Positions 17,723-27,890 of a stretch of 64,000 nt of DNA are shown piece after piece. The DNA is from an uncultured delta proteobacterium (GTDB taxonomy: Bacteria; Myxococcota_A; Polyangia; Polyangiales; Polyangiaceae). The translations under genes were made by a program, and so were the position numbers. The stretch lies in assembly GCA_963841435.1 (NCBI GenBank), contig CAWJCS010000003.1, positions 1,408,001 through 1,472,000 on the forward strand, written 5' to 3'. The notes under the pieces were generated by a model. That model made no database searches. It worked only from the letters and a program-made list of their open reading frames with translations, and had not been told where the DNA came from. Every line of letters begins with the position of its first letter. The first letter of the stretch is position 1.

Positions 17723-17801
17723 CTAGTTTCGGCGAATACAATCAAGGGGGCGAGACGTTCCAGGACTGAACGACGGGCGTTCAAGTAGCTGACGGCCCGC
17801 C

Positions 17802-20309
17802 CTACTGCAGGTTGAACACCTCGTCGGTCTCTTGGAAGACCGTGGCTCCGTTCTTCTCGGCGCGCAGCACCAGGTGACACTTCGTCCCCGACGCTGGCGC
17901 CGTGATCATGACCGACTTGGTCGCGACGGAGGCCAGCGGCACGTCGACCGAGAACGTGCCCGTGGCGCCCAGCGTCCCCGTGGCGCTGTCGGTGTGGACC
18001 TCCCACGTCACGTCGACGGTCGTGCCGGAGAACGTGTCGTTGAAGATCAGTAACGTCGTCGCGCGCGTCGCCCCCTTTGCGATGCTCGGTATGGTCGCCG
18101 GCCAATCACCGTTGGTGTTGGACATCTTGGCAGCCTCCCAATACGCCTGGTCCGCCACGAGCACGGGACTGAAGCCGGCTTGGATGCGGCGAATGATCGG
18201 GCTGGACCACGGCTCCGGCAGGTTGTCCTCGCCGAACACGGGAGGCCCGCCCTGCTCGATCGTCATCTTCGAAGCCAACACGCCGGGGACGAAGCTGGCC
18301 CACCCGGAAAGCAGCGTGTACGGGCGCACGTCCGAGGCGTTCTGGCGACGCATCGCCATCGCCGAGGTTCCAAACCAGGTAAGCCCCTGGCGCGTGTTGT
18401 CGTGGCTCCAGATGTATTCGCCCTGGCCGTAGGGGTTGTCGTTGCTGACGTTGACCTCTTCGGAATAGGCGCCAAGGCCGCTGCTGTAGTGGTGGATGGC
18501 GGCAAAGGCCGGCGCGGGCAACCCATAGTTTCCGCCACCAAACCAAAGATCGACGCTGACCGGGCGCGTGGGGTCGAGCTCGGTGATGGCGTTGAACAGC
18601 TCGGCCTCGAATTGATTCGAGTCCGTGCTGGCACCATTCGGTTCGTTGACCTGGCTCCAGCGGATGATCGCGGGGTGGTTGCGATCGCGAAGCACCATCG
18701 CCTTGGCGTGGTTGACCATGTTGTCGTGGCCGGCCGAAAAGTCCTGGTCGTTGCTGCTGCCGCGGATGGCGGTCTCGCCCATCAGCATCAATCCGAGCTC
18801 GTCGGCGGTATCGAGCATGTAGGGGGCGGCGAGCTCCTGGTGGACGCGGACGAAGTTGTAGTTGAGCCGCTGGTAGTTGCGGACAGCCTGCGGCCAGCCG
18901 GGGTTCTTTTCGGTCGGCGGCATGAACCCTGGGAGCGTGTCGTAGGCGTCCCCCTTGCCCCCGTTGTCGATGCTGTCGTAATCCGCGCCCTGAATGTTGT
19001 CGCCCCGCAAATTCACGCGGATCCCGTTCAGGTAATAGTAGACGTGCGAGCTGTCCGCCCGGCGCCGCTCACTCTGCCGAAAACCAAAGCGGACGACCTT
19101 GGTTTGGATTGGCTGGCCGCCTCGGCTCACCTGCAGGGTTAGGTCGTGAAGGCTGGCCTTGTAGTCGGCTTGATAGGGAACGTTGGGCCACCAATACGAC
19201 GTGGCCCCCAGGCCCCACGTGATCGGCCCGATCGTCGTCGTGGTCGTGGTCCCGGCCGCGGCAGTGACGGTCGTCTCCGGGATCGACGGGTAGGTAAAGC
19301 CGTCGCAACTCCACGAGCTCAGCGCGCCGGACAGGGTCACTTGCTGACTGGAAGCGCCCGTGTTCGCGATCGACACGTCGTAGGTCAGCGTGTCGTCCGC
19401 GACGCTCGTCCGCACGAACGCGTCGCTGATGTACACGTCCGGATAGACGCGCAGCGTCGCCGAGCGAAAAATCCCCTGAGCAACGTTTTGCGACCAGCCG
19501 GCGGCGTTGGGCACGATGGACTTGCCGCCGGACTTCAGCGCCCCGCCCCCGTTGACCAGGACGGAGATCGCGTGCTGCTGTCCGGGCGTCACGAACTTCG
19601 TGACGTCGAAAACCGACGGCGTGAACGCCGTGGTGTTGGTGGCGACCACGTTGCCGTCCACCGACAGCGTTGCCTGGTAATTGACGGCGCCGAACTCGAT
19701 CAGCGTGGTCTGCGGGCCGCCCGAATCCGGCACGGTGATCTGGGTTTCGTACGTGCCGCTGGAGGCGTTGATCCCCTGCTTGAGCCAACCGCCGCCCGGC
19801 ACCTGAATCGACCGTTTGGTGCCACCCGAGGGCGTGAAGTCCCAGGCTCCCTCGATGGACTTCGAGAACGGCTCGACTGGCGCGGCCCCACATGGGTCAC
19901 CGGCTGAGCCCCCCGTACCGCCGGCGCCGGAGCCGGCGCCACCGCCGGCGTCGGAGCCCGCGCCACCGCCAACGTCAGAGCCCGCGCCACCGCCGACGTC
20001 GGAGCCCGCGCCAGAGCCCGCGGCCGCGCCGGCACCCGAGCCGCCCGTCGAGCTCCCCCCGTCGCCACCGCCTCCCGCGCCCGTGTTGATGCCACCGGTC
20101 CCGGAGAGACCGGTGCCCCCTGATCCGCCGGTCGCCGACGCGCCGCCCGTTGCTTGTCCCCCGGAGCCCGAACCGGCCGCCGCGCCGCCGACGCCAGCGG
20201 GGCCCGTTCCGCTGCTTCCGCTTTTTTCGCCGGAACCTCCGGACTGGCAGGCGCTGAGCAAGATGACCGCCAGCAACGACGCCGCACGGAGGCGGATAGG
20301 CTTCGTCAC
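17802..20309 (-). CDS. Glycoside hydrolase family 2 lipoprotein
   Basis: Lipobox LSAC, Gly/Ser linker, IEFGAVNY, RFGFR, ADELGLM and RDRNHPAIIRWSQVNEP. Confidence 0.88.
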   Translation of the reverse strand: MTKPIRLRAASLLAVILLSACQSGGSGEKSGSSGTGPAGVGGAAAGSGSGGQATGGASATGGSGGTGLSGTGGINTGAGGGGDGGSSTGGSGAGAAAGSGAGSDVGGGAGSDVGGGAGSDAGGGAGSGAGGTGGSAGDPCGAAPVEPFSKSIEGAWDFTPSGGTKRSIQVPGGGWLKQGINASSGTYETQITVPDSGGPQTTLIEFGAVNYQATLSVDGNVVATNTTAFTPSVFDVTKFVTPGQQHAISVLVNGGGALKSGGKSIVPNAAGWSQNVAQGIFRSATLRVYPDVYISDAFVRTSVADDTLTYDVSIANTGASSQQVTLSGALSSWSCDGFTYPSIPETTVTAAAGTTTTTTIGPITWGLGATSYWWPNVPYQADYKASLHDLTLQVSRGGQPIQTKVVRFGFRQSERRRADSSHVYYYLNGIRVNLRGDNIQGADYDSIDNGGKGDAYDTLPGFMPPTEKNPGWPQAVRNYQRLNYNFVRVHQELAAPYMLDTADELGLMLMGETAIRGSSNDQDFSAGHDNMVNHAKAMVLRDRNHPAIIRWSQVNEPNGASTDSNQFEAELFNAITELDPTRPVSVDLWFGGGNYGLPAPAFAAIHHYSSGLGAYSEEVNVSNDNPYGQGEYIWSHDNTRQGLTWFGTSAMAMRRQNASDVRPYTLLSGWASFVPGVLASKMTIEQGGPPVFGEDNLPEPWSSPIIRRIQAGFSPVLVADQAYWEAAKMSNTNGDWPATIPSIAKGATRATTLLIFNDTFSGTTVDVTWEVHTDSATGTLGATGTFSVDVPLASVATKSVMITAPASGTKCHLVLRAEKNGATVFQETDEVFNLQ
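19930..20012. repeat. 24-bp tandem repeat encoding (GAGSDxGG)x3 in the GH2 linker
   Basis: Repeated GAGCCCGCGCCACCGCC units. Confidence 0.7.
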
Positions 20310-20591
20310 AATGACCTATTGTCGAATCGCGCGCGCGATTGTCCCGAAAATGCCGGAACGGCGCGAGGACGCACGCGGACCCGAAGCGCCGAGCTCGGCC
20401 TTGGGCGTGCTAGCCGCGTTCCGTGGTCCTGCGGCTGCCGATGCGGCGCCGCTCTTTTGCGCTCGGTGCCAAGGCACTTTGCGCCGCGGGTGAAGACGCG
20501 ATCGGTCCCGCGCCGCAGGTTGTTCGAAACGGCACCCCGGGCGCGGCAGTCCGCCGGTTGCGCCGGGAAGTGCCGAAAGGAGCGACCCCGC

Positions 20592-21143
20592 ATGCGACAC
20601 AACACCCCCGCGAAGAAGCTTTTCCTCGACGTGCACGACCTCGGACCCGGCAAGGTCAGCGAAAGCGACGTTGCGGCCGCGCACCGACTCGATCTCGCGG
20701 CACAGGACAAGTACGGAGTCGCCTTCAAGGCGTATTGGGTGGACGAAAAGCACGGCAAGATCTACTGCCTCGCCGAGGCGCCTTCCGCTGAAGCGACGGC
20801 CGCGGTCCACGCAGAAGCGCACGGCCTGCTCGCTCACGAGATCATGGAAGTGACCGCCGACAACGGGAGCTGGACGCCTTCGCCCGACATGCAGCTCTTT
20901 CTCGACGTGCATCACCTCGGCGCCGGAAACGTCACCGCCGAGGCGGTGGCAGAGGCCCATGCGAAGGACCTAGCGGTTCAGGAAAAGCACCACGTGAGCT
21001 ATCTCAACTACTGGTTCGACGAGAAGACCGGCACGGTCGTCTGCCTGGTGGAAGCACCGAATGCCAAAGCAGCCATCGAGGTGCACCGAGAGGCGCACGG
21101 CCTGATCCCCGACTCGATCGATGAAGTGACCGAGGGGCGCTAG
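20592..21143 (+). CDS. Tandem DUF4242 (SCO4226-like nickel-binding) protein
   Basis: Two repeats of LFLDVH...AH..DLA.Q.K..V....YW.DE..G...CL.EAP..H.EAHGL; AAAGGAG RBS. Confidence 0.88.
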   Translation: MRHNTPAKKLFLDVHDLGPGKVSESDVAAAHRLDLAAQDKYGVAFKAYWVDEKHGKIYCLAEAPSAEATAAVHAEAHGLLAHEIMEVTADNGSWTPSPDMQLFLDVHHLGAGNVTAEAVAEAHAKDLAVQEKHHVSYLNYWFDEKTGTVVCLVEAPNAKAAIEVHREAHGLIPDSIDEVTEGR

Positions 21144-21146
21144 CAC

Positions 21147-21337
21147 TACTGTCAGAGTCTTGGAGGAACAGATCACGATCCGGCAGAGAGAACATGAGCC
21201 ACGAAAGCAACGGGCGCGGCCAGCGGGCGGCCGTCTTCGAGCACGAAATGGACGCAAGACGTGGGCGCCGCCGTCCGAAAAGTTCGCCGCTCGCCAATCT
21301 GCGAATTTCTCGAAGGAAACGCGAATCTCTGACAGTA
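21147..21337. mobile_element. Putative MITE, 191 bp
   Basis: Perfect terminal IR TACTGTCAGAG...CTCTGACAGTA. Non-coding, and sits exactly where the adjacent gene is truncated. Confidence 0.65.
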
Positions 21338-21938
21338 CATCGACGGCCAAGGCATAGAGAAAGTGCCCCGGATCCGCGGGGGAGCTCTCGAGCTCACGCA
21401 GCGCTCCCGTCGAGCGGTCGAGCTCGAGCGACGCAACGCCGCCGATGAGCCTCGAGACGTAGACGAGCTCTCGTGGGTCGTCGCCGCGGGCGCCGCCGGC
21501 GCCGGCCGCTCCACCTTCCCCCCCACCGCTCGCGCCGGGCTCGCCTCCGTCGCCGGCATCGTCCGCCTCGCCTGCGTGGCCGAGCGTCCCCCCCGAGGCG
21601 CCCACGCTCGCGCCCGATGAGCCGCCGGTTGCCGCATGCCCACCAGCACCGCCCCCGGAGCCGGCGTGACCTCCCGATCCGGCGCGTCCGCCTCCTGGCC
21701 CCGCGCGTCCGCCTCCGCTCGCGCCAGCGCCCCCGACCCCGCCGGACGAGCGTCCTTTCGTGCCACCACCAGTCGATGGACCTGACGTTCCTCCTCGCCC
21801 TCCCTGCGCGGCGCCGGCGACTGCGCCTGCCGCGTTTGGGGTTCGGCCGTCGGCGTCGTCATGACCGCACGCCGCCCCCGAGAGGGAGCCTGCGAGCAGC
21901 AAAAAGGCGAGTGATCCGTTTCGATTCAGATGGTGCAT
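21338..21938 (-). pseudogene. Lactonase/beta-propeller-like lipoprotein truncated at the MITE
   Basis: Signal peptide with GAAC and Gly linker, then only ELVYVS...LDRSTGALRELESSP...LAVD before the IR. Confidence 0.6.
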
Positions 21939-21953
21939 GAAAATGCGCCTCGC

Positions 21954-22085
21954 CTAGCGACCTTCGGAGACTCGTTCGATCGAGTCTGGAAGGAGACCGT
22001 GGGCTTCCTTGTGCACGGCGATCGCCGCCTCGGCGCTCGGCGCCTCGACGAGACACATGATCGTGCCGCTCGCCTCGTCGAACCA
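21954..22085 (-). pseudogene. C-terminal remnant of a second DUF4242 gene
   Basis: WFDEASGTIMCLVEAPSAEAAIAVHKEAHGLLPDSIERVSEGR* parallels the end of 20592..21143. Confidence 0.8.
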
Positions 22086-22239
22086 ATCGGTCGTCGATCG
22101 ACCGCCCGACGCCCTCGAACCTGGGGGCCGCTCGCAGCAACGTCTTGGGCGTGGGTGCATCGGGCGTTGGCGCCTGGCGCAATTCGAACGAGCCGGTCAA
22201 CTTCCCCTCGTGGTGACGACGGGCTACGCTCGACGCGCG

Positions 22240-22884
22240 ATGGCCCTCACCCTCTACTACGGCTCGGGCTCTCCCTACTCGTGGCGCGTTCAGCTCGCGC
22301 TCGGCCACAAGGGCATCGACTACGAGCCGCGGCTGCTCTCGTTCTCGAAGGGCGAGCACCGGACGCCCGAGATGCTGAAGCGTAATCCTCGCGGTCGCGT
22401 GCCGGTCCTCGACGACGACGGCTTCTCGCTTTACGAGTCCGCCGCCATCGTCGAGTACCTCGAAGAAAGGTTTCCCGATCGTCCGGCGCTCTTTCCAGGC
22501 GACACCCGCGCGCGCGCTCTCGTCCGCCGCGAACGCGAAGAGGCCGACGCGTACTTCGGCGCGCCGTCGGAAGTGCTCTCCGGCGAGCTCTTCTTCAAGC
22601 CCCGCGAACAATGGGAGCGTCCCCGCATCGACCGGGCCCGCGCCGAGCTGTTCGAAGAGCTCGCGCGGCGCGAGGGAGCGCTCGACGGAGAGTTTCTGGC
22701 AGGTCCGCTCTCCGCGGCGGACTTCACGCTCTATCCGTTCGTGGCACTCATGGCGCGGCACGAGCTCAAGGACCCGACCCTCGAGCTCACGCGCGCCGTC
22801 GGCCCGAAGCTTCGGGCATGGATGCAGCGCATCGAGGCGCTGCCCTACTTCGAGGCGACCTACCCGCCGCACTGGCGGAGCTGA
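22240..22884 (+). CDS. Glutathione S-transferase family protein
   Basis: GSPYSWRV, NPRGRVPVL, LYESAAIVEYL and FLAGPLSAAD. Confidence 0.93.
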   Translation: MALTLYYGSGSPYSWRVQLALGHKGIDYEPRLLSFSKGEHRTPEMLKRNPRGRVPVLDDDGFSLYESAAIVEYLEERFPDRPALFPGDTRARALVRREREEADAYFGAPSEVLSGELFFKPREQWERPRIDRARAELFEELARREGALDGEFLAGPLSAADFTLYPFVALMARHELKDPTLELTRAVGPKLRAWMQRIEALPYFEATYPPHWRS

Positions 22885-22932
22885 CGCCTGGCGTGCGAAA
22901 ACCCGCACCCGAGCTAGGAAACGATAAGTCCG

Positions 22933-24762
22933 GTGCCCGTTCTGCTTTCAGCCCGAGGGCTGGGCCACGCCTTCGGCGCGCGCCCCCTGTTCGAAGGCAT
23001 CAGCTTCACGCTTTCCGACGGCGATCGCGTGGGGCTCATCGGGCCGAACGGCGCCGGTAAGTCCACGCTGCTCAAGATCATCGCCGGCGAGATCGCTCCC
23101 GACAGTGGGGAGGTCGCGCGGCGGGGTGGCCTGCGCGTGGGGTATCTCGGCCAGGCCGCCGAGCTGCCGTTCGCGACCGCGCGCGACGCCGTGCGCGCCG
23201 GGCTCGTGTCGCCCGATCCCGATTCAGCGGAGCCTCTGGTCGAAAAGTGGCTCAATCGCCTCGAGCTCGATCCCGACGCAGCGCTCGAGGGTCGCTCGGG
23301 TGGGTGGCTGAAGCGCGTGGCGCTGGCGCGCGCGCTGGTCTCCGACCCGGAGCTCTTGCTGCTCGACGAGCCGACGAACCATCTCGACGTCGAGGGCATT
23401 CTTTGGCTCGAACGCTTTCTCGCCGCCGCGCGCTTCGCGACGCTCACCGTCACCCACGATCGCCTGTTCTTGCAGCGCGTCTCGCGGCGCATCCTGGAGC
23501 TCGACCGCAGGAACGCCGGAGGCCTTCTCGACGTGGCGGGCGACTACGCCACCTACACGGAGCTCAAGGCCGAGCGCATGGCGGCGCAGGAGCAGCGCGA
23601 GCAGGCGCTCAGGAACACCCTACGGCGTGAAACCGAGTGGCTACGCCGCGGCCCATCGGCGCGCGGCACCAAACAGAACGCCCGTATCGAGCGAGCTGCG
23701 GCTTTGAGCGACGAGGTCTCGACGCTCGCGCAGCGCAATCGCACGGGTCGCGTCGATCTCGACTTCCAGGGAGGCGATCCCAACGCCACGAGCCCCAAGC
23801 GGCTGATCGAGGCCCGCGGCATCAGCAAGCGCTACGGCGATCAGACGGTTTTGCGCGAGCTCGACGTGTTCATCGGTCCGCGCACGCGCCTCGGCCTTTT
23901 GGGCCGCAACGGCTCGGGCAAGACCACGCTGCTTCGCCTGTTGACGGGCCGCGAGGTGCCCGACAGCGGCGAGATCATCACGGCGGAACGATTCGAGGTG
24001 GCGTTCTTCGATCAGCACCGGGCGGCGCTCGACCCGAGCCGAACACTCGCCGAGACGGTGAGCCCCGACGGCGATTTCGTGCTCTACCGCGGGGCGCACG
24101 TCCATCGCCACGGCTACCTCGAGCGCTTCCTGTTCCGTCCCGACCAGATGGCCCAGCCCGTCGGAAGCCTTTCCGGGGGCGAGCAGAGCCGGCTCCTGCT
24201 GGCCGAGCTCATGCTCACACCGGCCAACGTTCTCGTGCTGGACGAGCCGACCAACGACCTGGATCTGGAGACGCTCATGGTGCTCGAGGATGCGCTCCAG
24301 AGCTTCGAGGGAGCGGTCCTCCTCGTGACGCACGATCGCTATTTTTTGGATCAGGTTGCCACCGAGATCCTCGCGTTCCACACCCATCCGGACGAGCTCG
24401 GACGGGTCACGAAGCTCGCGGGGCTCGAACAGTGGGAGGCGTTCCACGCGACCCAGCAAAAGGCGGCGTCGAGCGCCGCAAAGCTCGGGGCCCAGTCGAA
24501 GTCCGGCGCGCCCGCGCTTCCGGTGAAGAAGAGGAAGCTCAGCTTCAAGGATCAGCGCGACTACGACACGATCGAAGCGCGCATCCTCGCGGCGGAGCGG
24601 GCCCTCGGGTCGCTCGAAGCCGAGTGCGACCACCCCGAGGTGGTGTCCGACAGCGCGCGGCTCGTCGCGTTGCAGGCGTCCATCGCGAAAGCGAAAAAGG
24701 AAATCGACGGGCTCTACGCCCGCTGGGCCGAGCTCGAGGCGATCGCACCCGGACCGGCGTGA
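22933..24762 (+). CDS. uup: ABC-F family ATPase, Uup-like
   Basis: Two ABC domains (GPNGAGKST, GRNGSGKTT; DEPTNHLD, DEPTNDLD) and a C-terminal KLSFKDQR...YARWAELE domain. Confidence 0.88.
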   Translation: MPVLLSARGLGHAFGARPLFEGISFTLSDGDRVGLIGPNGAGKSTLLKIIAGEIAPDSGEVARRGGLRVGYLGQAAELPFATARDAVRAGLVSPDPDSAEPLVEKWLNRLELDPDAALEGRSGGWLKRVALARALVSDPELLLLDEPTNHLDVEGILWLERFLAAARFATLTVTHDRLFLQRVSRRILELDRRNAGGLLDVAGDYATYTELKAERMAAQEQREQALRNTLRRETEWLRRGPSARGTKQNARIERAAALSDEVSTLAQRNRTGRVDLDFQGGDPNATSPKRLIEARGISKRYGDQTVLRELDVFIGPRTRLGLLGRNGSGKTTLLRLLTGREVPDSGEIITAERFEVAFFDQHRAALDPSRTLAETVSPDGDFVLYRGAHVHRHGYLERFLFRPDQMAQPVGSLSGGEQSRLLLAELMLTPANVLVLDEPTNDLDLETLMVLEDALQSFEGAVLLVTHDRYFLDQVATEILAFHTHPDELGRVTKLAGLEQWEAFHATQQKAASSAAKLGAQSKSGAPALPVKKRKLSFKDQRDYDTIEARILAAERALGSLEAECDHPEVVSDSARLVALQASIAKAKKEIDGLYARWAELEAIAPGPA

Positions 24763-24825
24763 GACGCGCGCTCGCGCGGGGCGTGGTCGGGGCTCGCCGG
24801 GCCGGCCATTTCGGTTGCCCCGGTC

Positions 24826-26343
24826 TCAGTGCCGCGTGTAGCGGTGTTTCACGCCCTTTTGGAAATAGCTCGGATCGCCATGCGGAAGCAGCATCGTTTC
24901 GATGCTGCGCCGTGCCGCGGGGACGTAGTGCGAAAACTCGCTGTTGACCCGAGCGAGATGATGCTCGATCGAGCGCGCGAGGTCGGCGGCGAGCTTCGCG
25001 TCAGGGGCACCGCCTTCGGCGAGCTCGATCGTCACGCGCAGCCGAGCGTCGAGCGCCTCGTCCTCGACGACCTCGAGCACGAATTTGCCGGTAACGAAGG
25101 CCATGAGCTCCGGGGTCTCCACGCCCAGCGCGACGTTTTCCGGATACACGTTCGCCCCGTAGTACGAAACGGCGAAGCTCGAACGGCCGAACACGTAGAC
25201 GAACGGCAGCGAGCTCGCCTCGTGGCCGAAGAGGCGTTGCGCATCGAGCCCGTTCTCGGCGAGGAACCGCCGCATCACGGCGCGCGGGATGACGCCGCCG
25301 TGATCGAGGATATCGTAGCGCACGAGCGGCACGCGACCCTCGCCCGAGAACACTAGCCGCCCCTCGACCGCTTCGAAGTAGCGGTGCAACGGGTCGAACT
25401 CGCACAGCGTCGGCAGGCGTGGCTCACCGAAGAGCTCGAGCGCGAGCTCCGGCCGTTCACCGAGGGCGCGCCGGATGCGAATCGTAGCGGGCGTTTCGTT
25501 GGCGAGCACGCCGCCGTCGGCGGTGCCGTAGAGTGACGCCGTCACCGTGGTCGGGTCGCTCGCCCCCACGCGCCGCGCCACCCAGTCGCGAAAGGACTCG
25601 CTGAACACCTCCCCGGCCATGACGAGCTTCGTGCCGAATCTCGACCAGTTGACGCCGACGCGCGCGCCCGCGTCGAGCACGTCCTTGAGGAACGGCGGGT
25701 AGCCGAACAGCACGATTTGCTCGAAGAGCGGCCCCGCAGCCCCGACCACCCGCAGGATCTCCTGGAGATTGCTGCCCGGCGTGACGAGCGTCAGCGGATA
25801 GCCCTTCGCGGCAAGGTGCCGGCACGCGGCCGTCGTGTACATGCCGCCGACCCAGCTGCCGAGCGCAAAGCACACGACGCCGAGCGTCTTTCGCCGGTCC
25901 GCGCCGAACGTGCCGGTGAGCACTTGCTCGAAACGCCGTGCCGTACCGAGCTCGTCGGCGACGGAGCGCGGCCAGAGCGTCGGCTCACCCGTCGAGCCGG
26001 ACGACACGGCAAGCATGTCGCAGTCCTCGAGACGCCCGTGCCGGCAGAGCTCGGCGAGCGGGTAGGCCTGGTGGTAGTTTTGCTTGGTCGTGGGCGGCAG
26101 CGCGCAAAACTGCTCGAGCGTGCGAACGGTGGCCGGCTCGACGGCACGCTTCGCGAGAAAATCACGATAAGCGGGGACCTCCTCGGCCGCCGCACGGAAC
26201 AGCGCGAGCAGGTGCGCTTCCCTTTCGGCGCGGCTCGCCTCGAACGAAGCAAGCGGCGCTGCGTAGAAGGCCTCGAGCGCCGCGAGAATTCGTCGCGAGC
26301 CAGGCTGGGGACGCTCGTCCCTGGGGCGATCGGTGGAAACCAA
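24826..26343 (-). CDS. Phenylacetate-CoA ligase family (PaaK-like) adenylate-forming enzyme
   Basis: SSGSTGEP, AGE, YGTAD, PLVRYDILD and GANVYPE. Confidence 0.85.
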   Translation of the reverse strand: MVSTDRPRDERPQPGSRRILAALEAFYAAPLASFEASRAEREAHLLALFRAAAEEVPAYRDFLAKRAVEPATVRTLEQFCALPPTTKQNYHQAYPLAELCRHGRLEDCDMLAVSSGSTGEPTLWPRSVADELGTARRFEQVLTGTFGADRRKTLGVVCFALGSWVGGMYTTAACRHLAAKGYPLTLVTPGSNLQEILRVVGAAGPLFEQIVLFGYPPFLKDVLDAGARVGVNWSRFGTKLVMAGEVFSESFRDWVARRVGASDPTTVTASLYGTADGGVLANETPATIRIRRALGERPELALELFGEPRLPTLCEFDPLHRYFEAVEGRLVFSGEGRVPLVRYDILDHGGVIPRAVMRRFLAENGLDAQRLFGHEASSLPFVYVFGRSSFAVSYYGANVYPENVALGVETPELMAFVTGKFVLEVVEDEALDARLRVTIELAEGGAPDAKLAADLARSIEHHLARVNSEFSHYVPAARRSIETMLLPHGDPSYFQKGVKHRYTRH

Positions 26344-26359
26344 CGGGAAGTGCCTCCTT

Positions 26360-27370
26360 TTACGGGGTCACGACGGCGCGGCCAACCAGTCGCCCTTCCA
26401 TGAGGTCGCGCAGGGCCTTGGGCGCGTCGGCGAGAGCGTAGCTTCGTTCGACGACCGGCGTGAGCTTCCCGGCTTCCAGGAGACGGGCGAGCGCGGCCAT
26501 CAGCTCCCGCTTGGCGGGCATCGTGAAGTCGGCGCGCGGCAGATGGGTCGTGAAAGGCGTCCGGGCGACGAGGAAAAGCAACTGGGGGATGCTACCGAGG
26601 ATCGAGTGTCCGCGCGCGCCGTAGTGATCGTGCCCGATCACCAGGTACTTGCCGGTCGGCGTGAGGACGCGCACGCAATCGCCGAAGCGTAGGTTGGACG
26701 CCACGTCGAACACGAGGTCGTATTTTTCGCTGCCGCGCCTGAAGTCCTCGGCCTGGTAGTCGATGGTGCGGTCCGCGCCGAGCGAGCGCAGCATCGCGAG
26801 CTTGTCGGCGCGGTCGACGGCGGTGACGACCGCACCGTGAGCTTTGGCGAGCTGGACGGCGATCGTGCCCACGCCGCCGCCGGCCCCGTTGACGAGCACG
26901 GCCTCGCCCGGCTTCGGCAGCCCGGCGCTCCTCAGGTTGAAGAGCGCGATCATGCCCGAGGTGGGCACGGTGGCCGCCTGCTCGAAGCTCACGAAAGGCG
27001 GCTTCTTCGCGAGGTTCGCCGCGGGGGCGGTGACGTACTCCGCGTAGGTGCCGCCGTTTTGCCACTGCATCTTCGGGAGCGTTTCACCGAAGACCTCGTC
27101 GCCGACGACGAAGTCGGCGACACCGGGACCGAGGGCCTCGACGAGGCCCGCCATGTCGGTGCCGGGGATGGGATTTTTAGGTTTTTGGAGCCCGGCGCCC
27201 ATCAGGCGAAGAACGTAGGGGATGCCGCTCACGACGTGCCAAACGTCCGGGTGCACCGACGCCGCGCGAACGCGCACGAGCACCTCGCCGTCACGAGCGA
27301 CCGGCCGCTCGACCTCCGCCACGCGCAGAGCGTCGACCGAGCCGTAGCGGTCCTGAACGATCGCCTTCAT
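26360..27370 (-). CDS. NAD(P)-dependent medium-chain dehydrogenase/reductase
   Basis: MKAIVQDRYG, IPGTDMAG and VLVNGAGGGVG. Confidence 0.92.
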   Translation of the reverse strand: MKAIVQDRYGSVDALRVAEVERPVARDGEVLVRVRAASVHPDVWHVVSGIPYVLRLMGAGLQKPKNPIPGTDMAGLVEALGPGVADFVVGDEVFGETLPKMQWQNGGTYAEYVTAPAANLAKKPPFVSFEQAATVPTSGMIALFNLRSAGLPKPGEAVLVNGAGGGVGTIAVQLAKAHGAVVTAVDRADKLAMLRSLGADRTIDYQAEDFRRGSEKYDLVFDVASNLRFGDCVRVLTPTGKYLVIGHDHYGARGHSILGSIPQLLFLVARTPFTTHLPRADFTMPAKRELMAALARLLEAGKLTPVVERSYALADAPKALRDLMEGRLVGRAVVTP

Positions 27371-27371
27371 C

Positions 27372-27815
27372 TCAGGCACGGCGCTCGACGGGGCGACGAC
27401 GCGCGGGAAACCTCCGCTTTCGGCCGCGGCTCTCGCGACGCGGTGGAGTTGTCAAGAGCACGCAGCGCTCCGCGTGACCGTCGCAGTCGCAGTCGACGGA
27501 CTTGGCTAGCAGCGAGCGCGCTGCCCGGAGCTCCGCGATGCCCCGATCCAGCTCGGCGAGCTTTTCTCGAACGGTTCGCCGCCAACGGTCGCGCGTGCGC
27601 TCCGCCTCGCCGAGGGCGAGAAACCCCTGGACCTCCGTGAGCGTGAAACCCGCCCGTTTCAACGCAAGCACGAGGCGCACGACGACGAGCGACTCGTCGT
27701 CGTAGCGCCGGCTTCCCGAGACGCGCCCCGCGGGAGCGACGAGCCCCAGGCTCTCGTAGTAGCGCACGGTCGGCGGCGTCAAACCGAGCGCCTTCGCGAA
27801 TTGTCCGATCCTCAT
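27372..27815 (-). CDS. MerR-family (SoxR-like) transcriptional regulator
   Basis: MRIGQFAKALGLTPPTVRYYESLGL; C-terminal CDC...C. Confidence 0.9.
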   Translation of the reverse strand: MRIGQFAKALGLTPPTVRYYESLGLVAPAGRVSGSRRYDDESLVVVRLVLALKRAGFTLTEVQGFLALGEAERTRDRWRRTVREKLAELDRGIAELRAARSLLAKSVDCDCDGHAERCVLLTTPPRRESRGRKRRFPARRRPVERRA

Positions 27816-27845
27816 TGACCTCAAGTCTACTTGAAGTTGCAGCCT
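27815..27845 (+). promoter_or_regulatory. MerR-type promoter with SoxR-like box
   Basis: TTGACC-N19-CAGCCT with the dyad CCTCAAGTCTACTTGAAG (27819-27836). Confidence 0.8.
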
Positions 27846-27890
27846 TTTGCCCGGCGCCCGTGAACGACGACGCGCCGAAGGAGACGAGAC

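Noticed and set aside
17650-17725. Complete tRNA-Lys gene
   Set aside because: No 5' acceptor strand (GGGCCAT), D-arm or 5' anticodon stem; only the 3' half is present, so it is called an att fragment.
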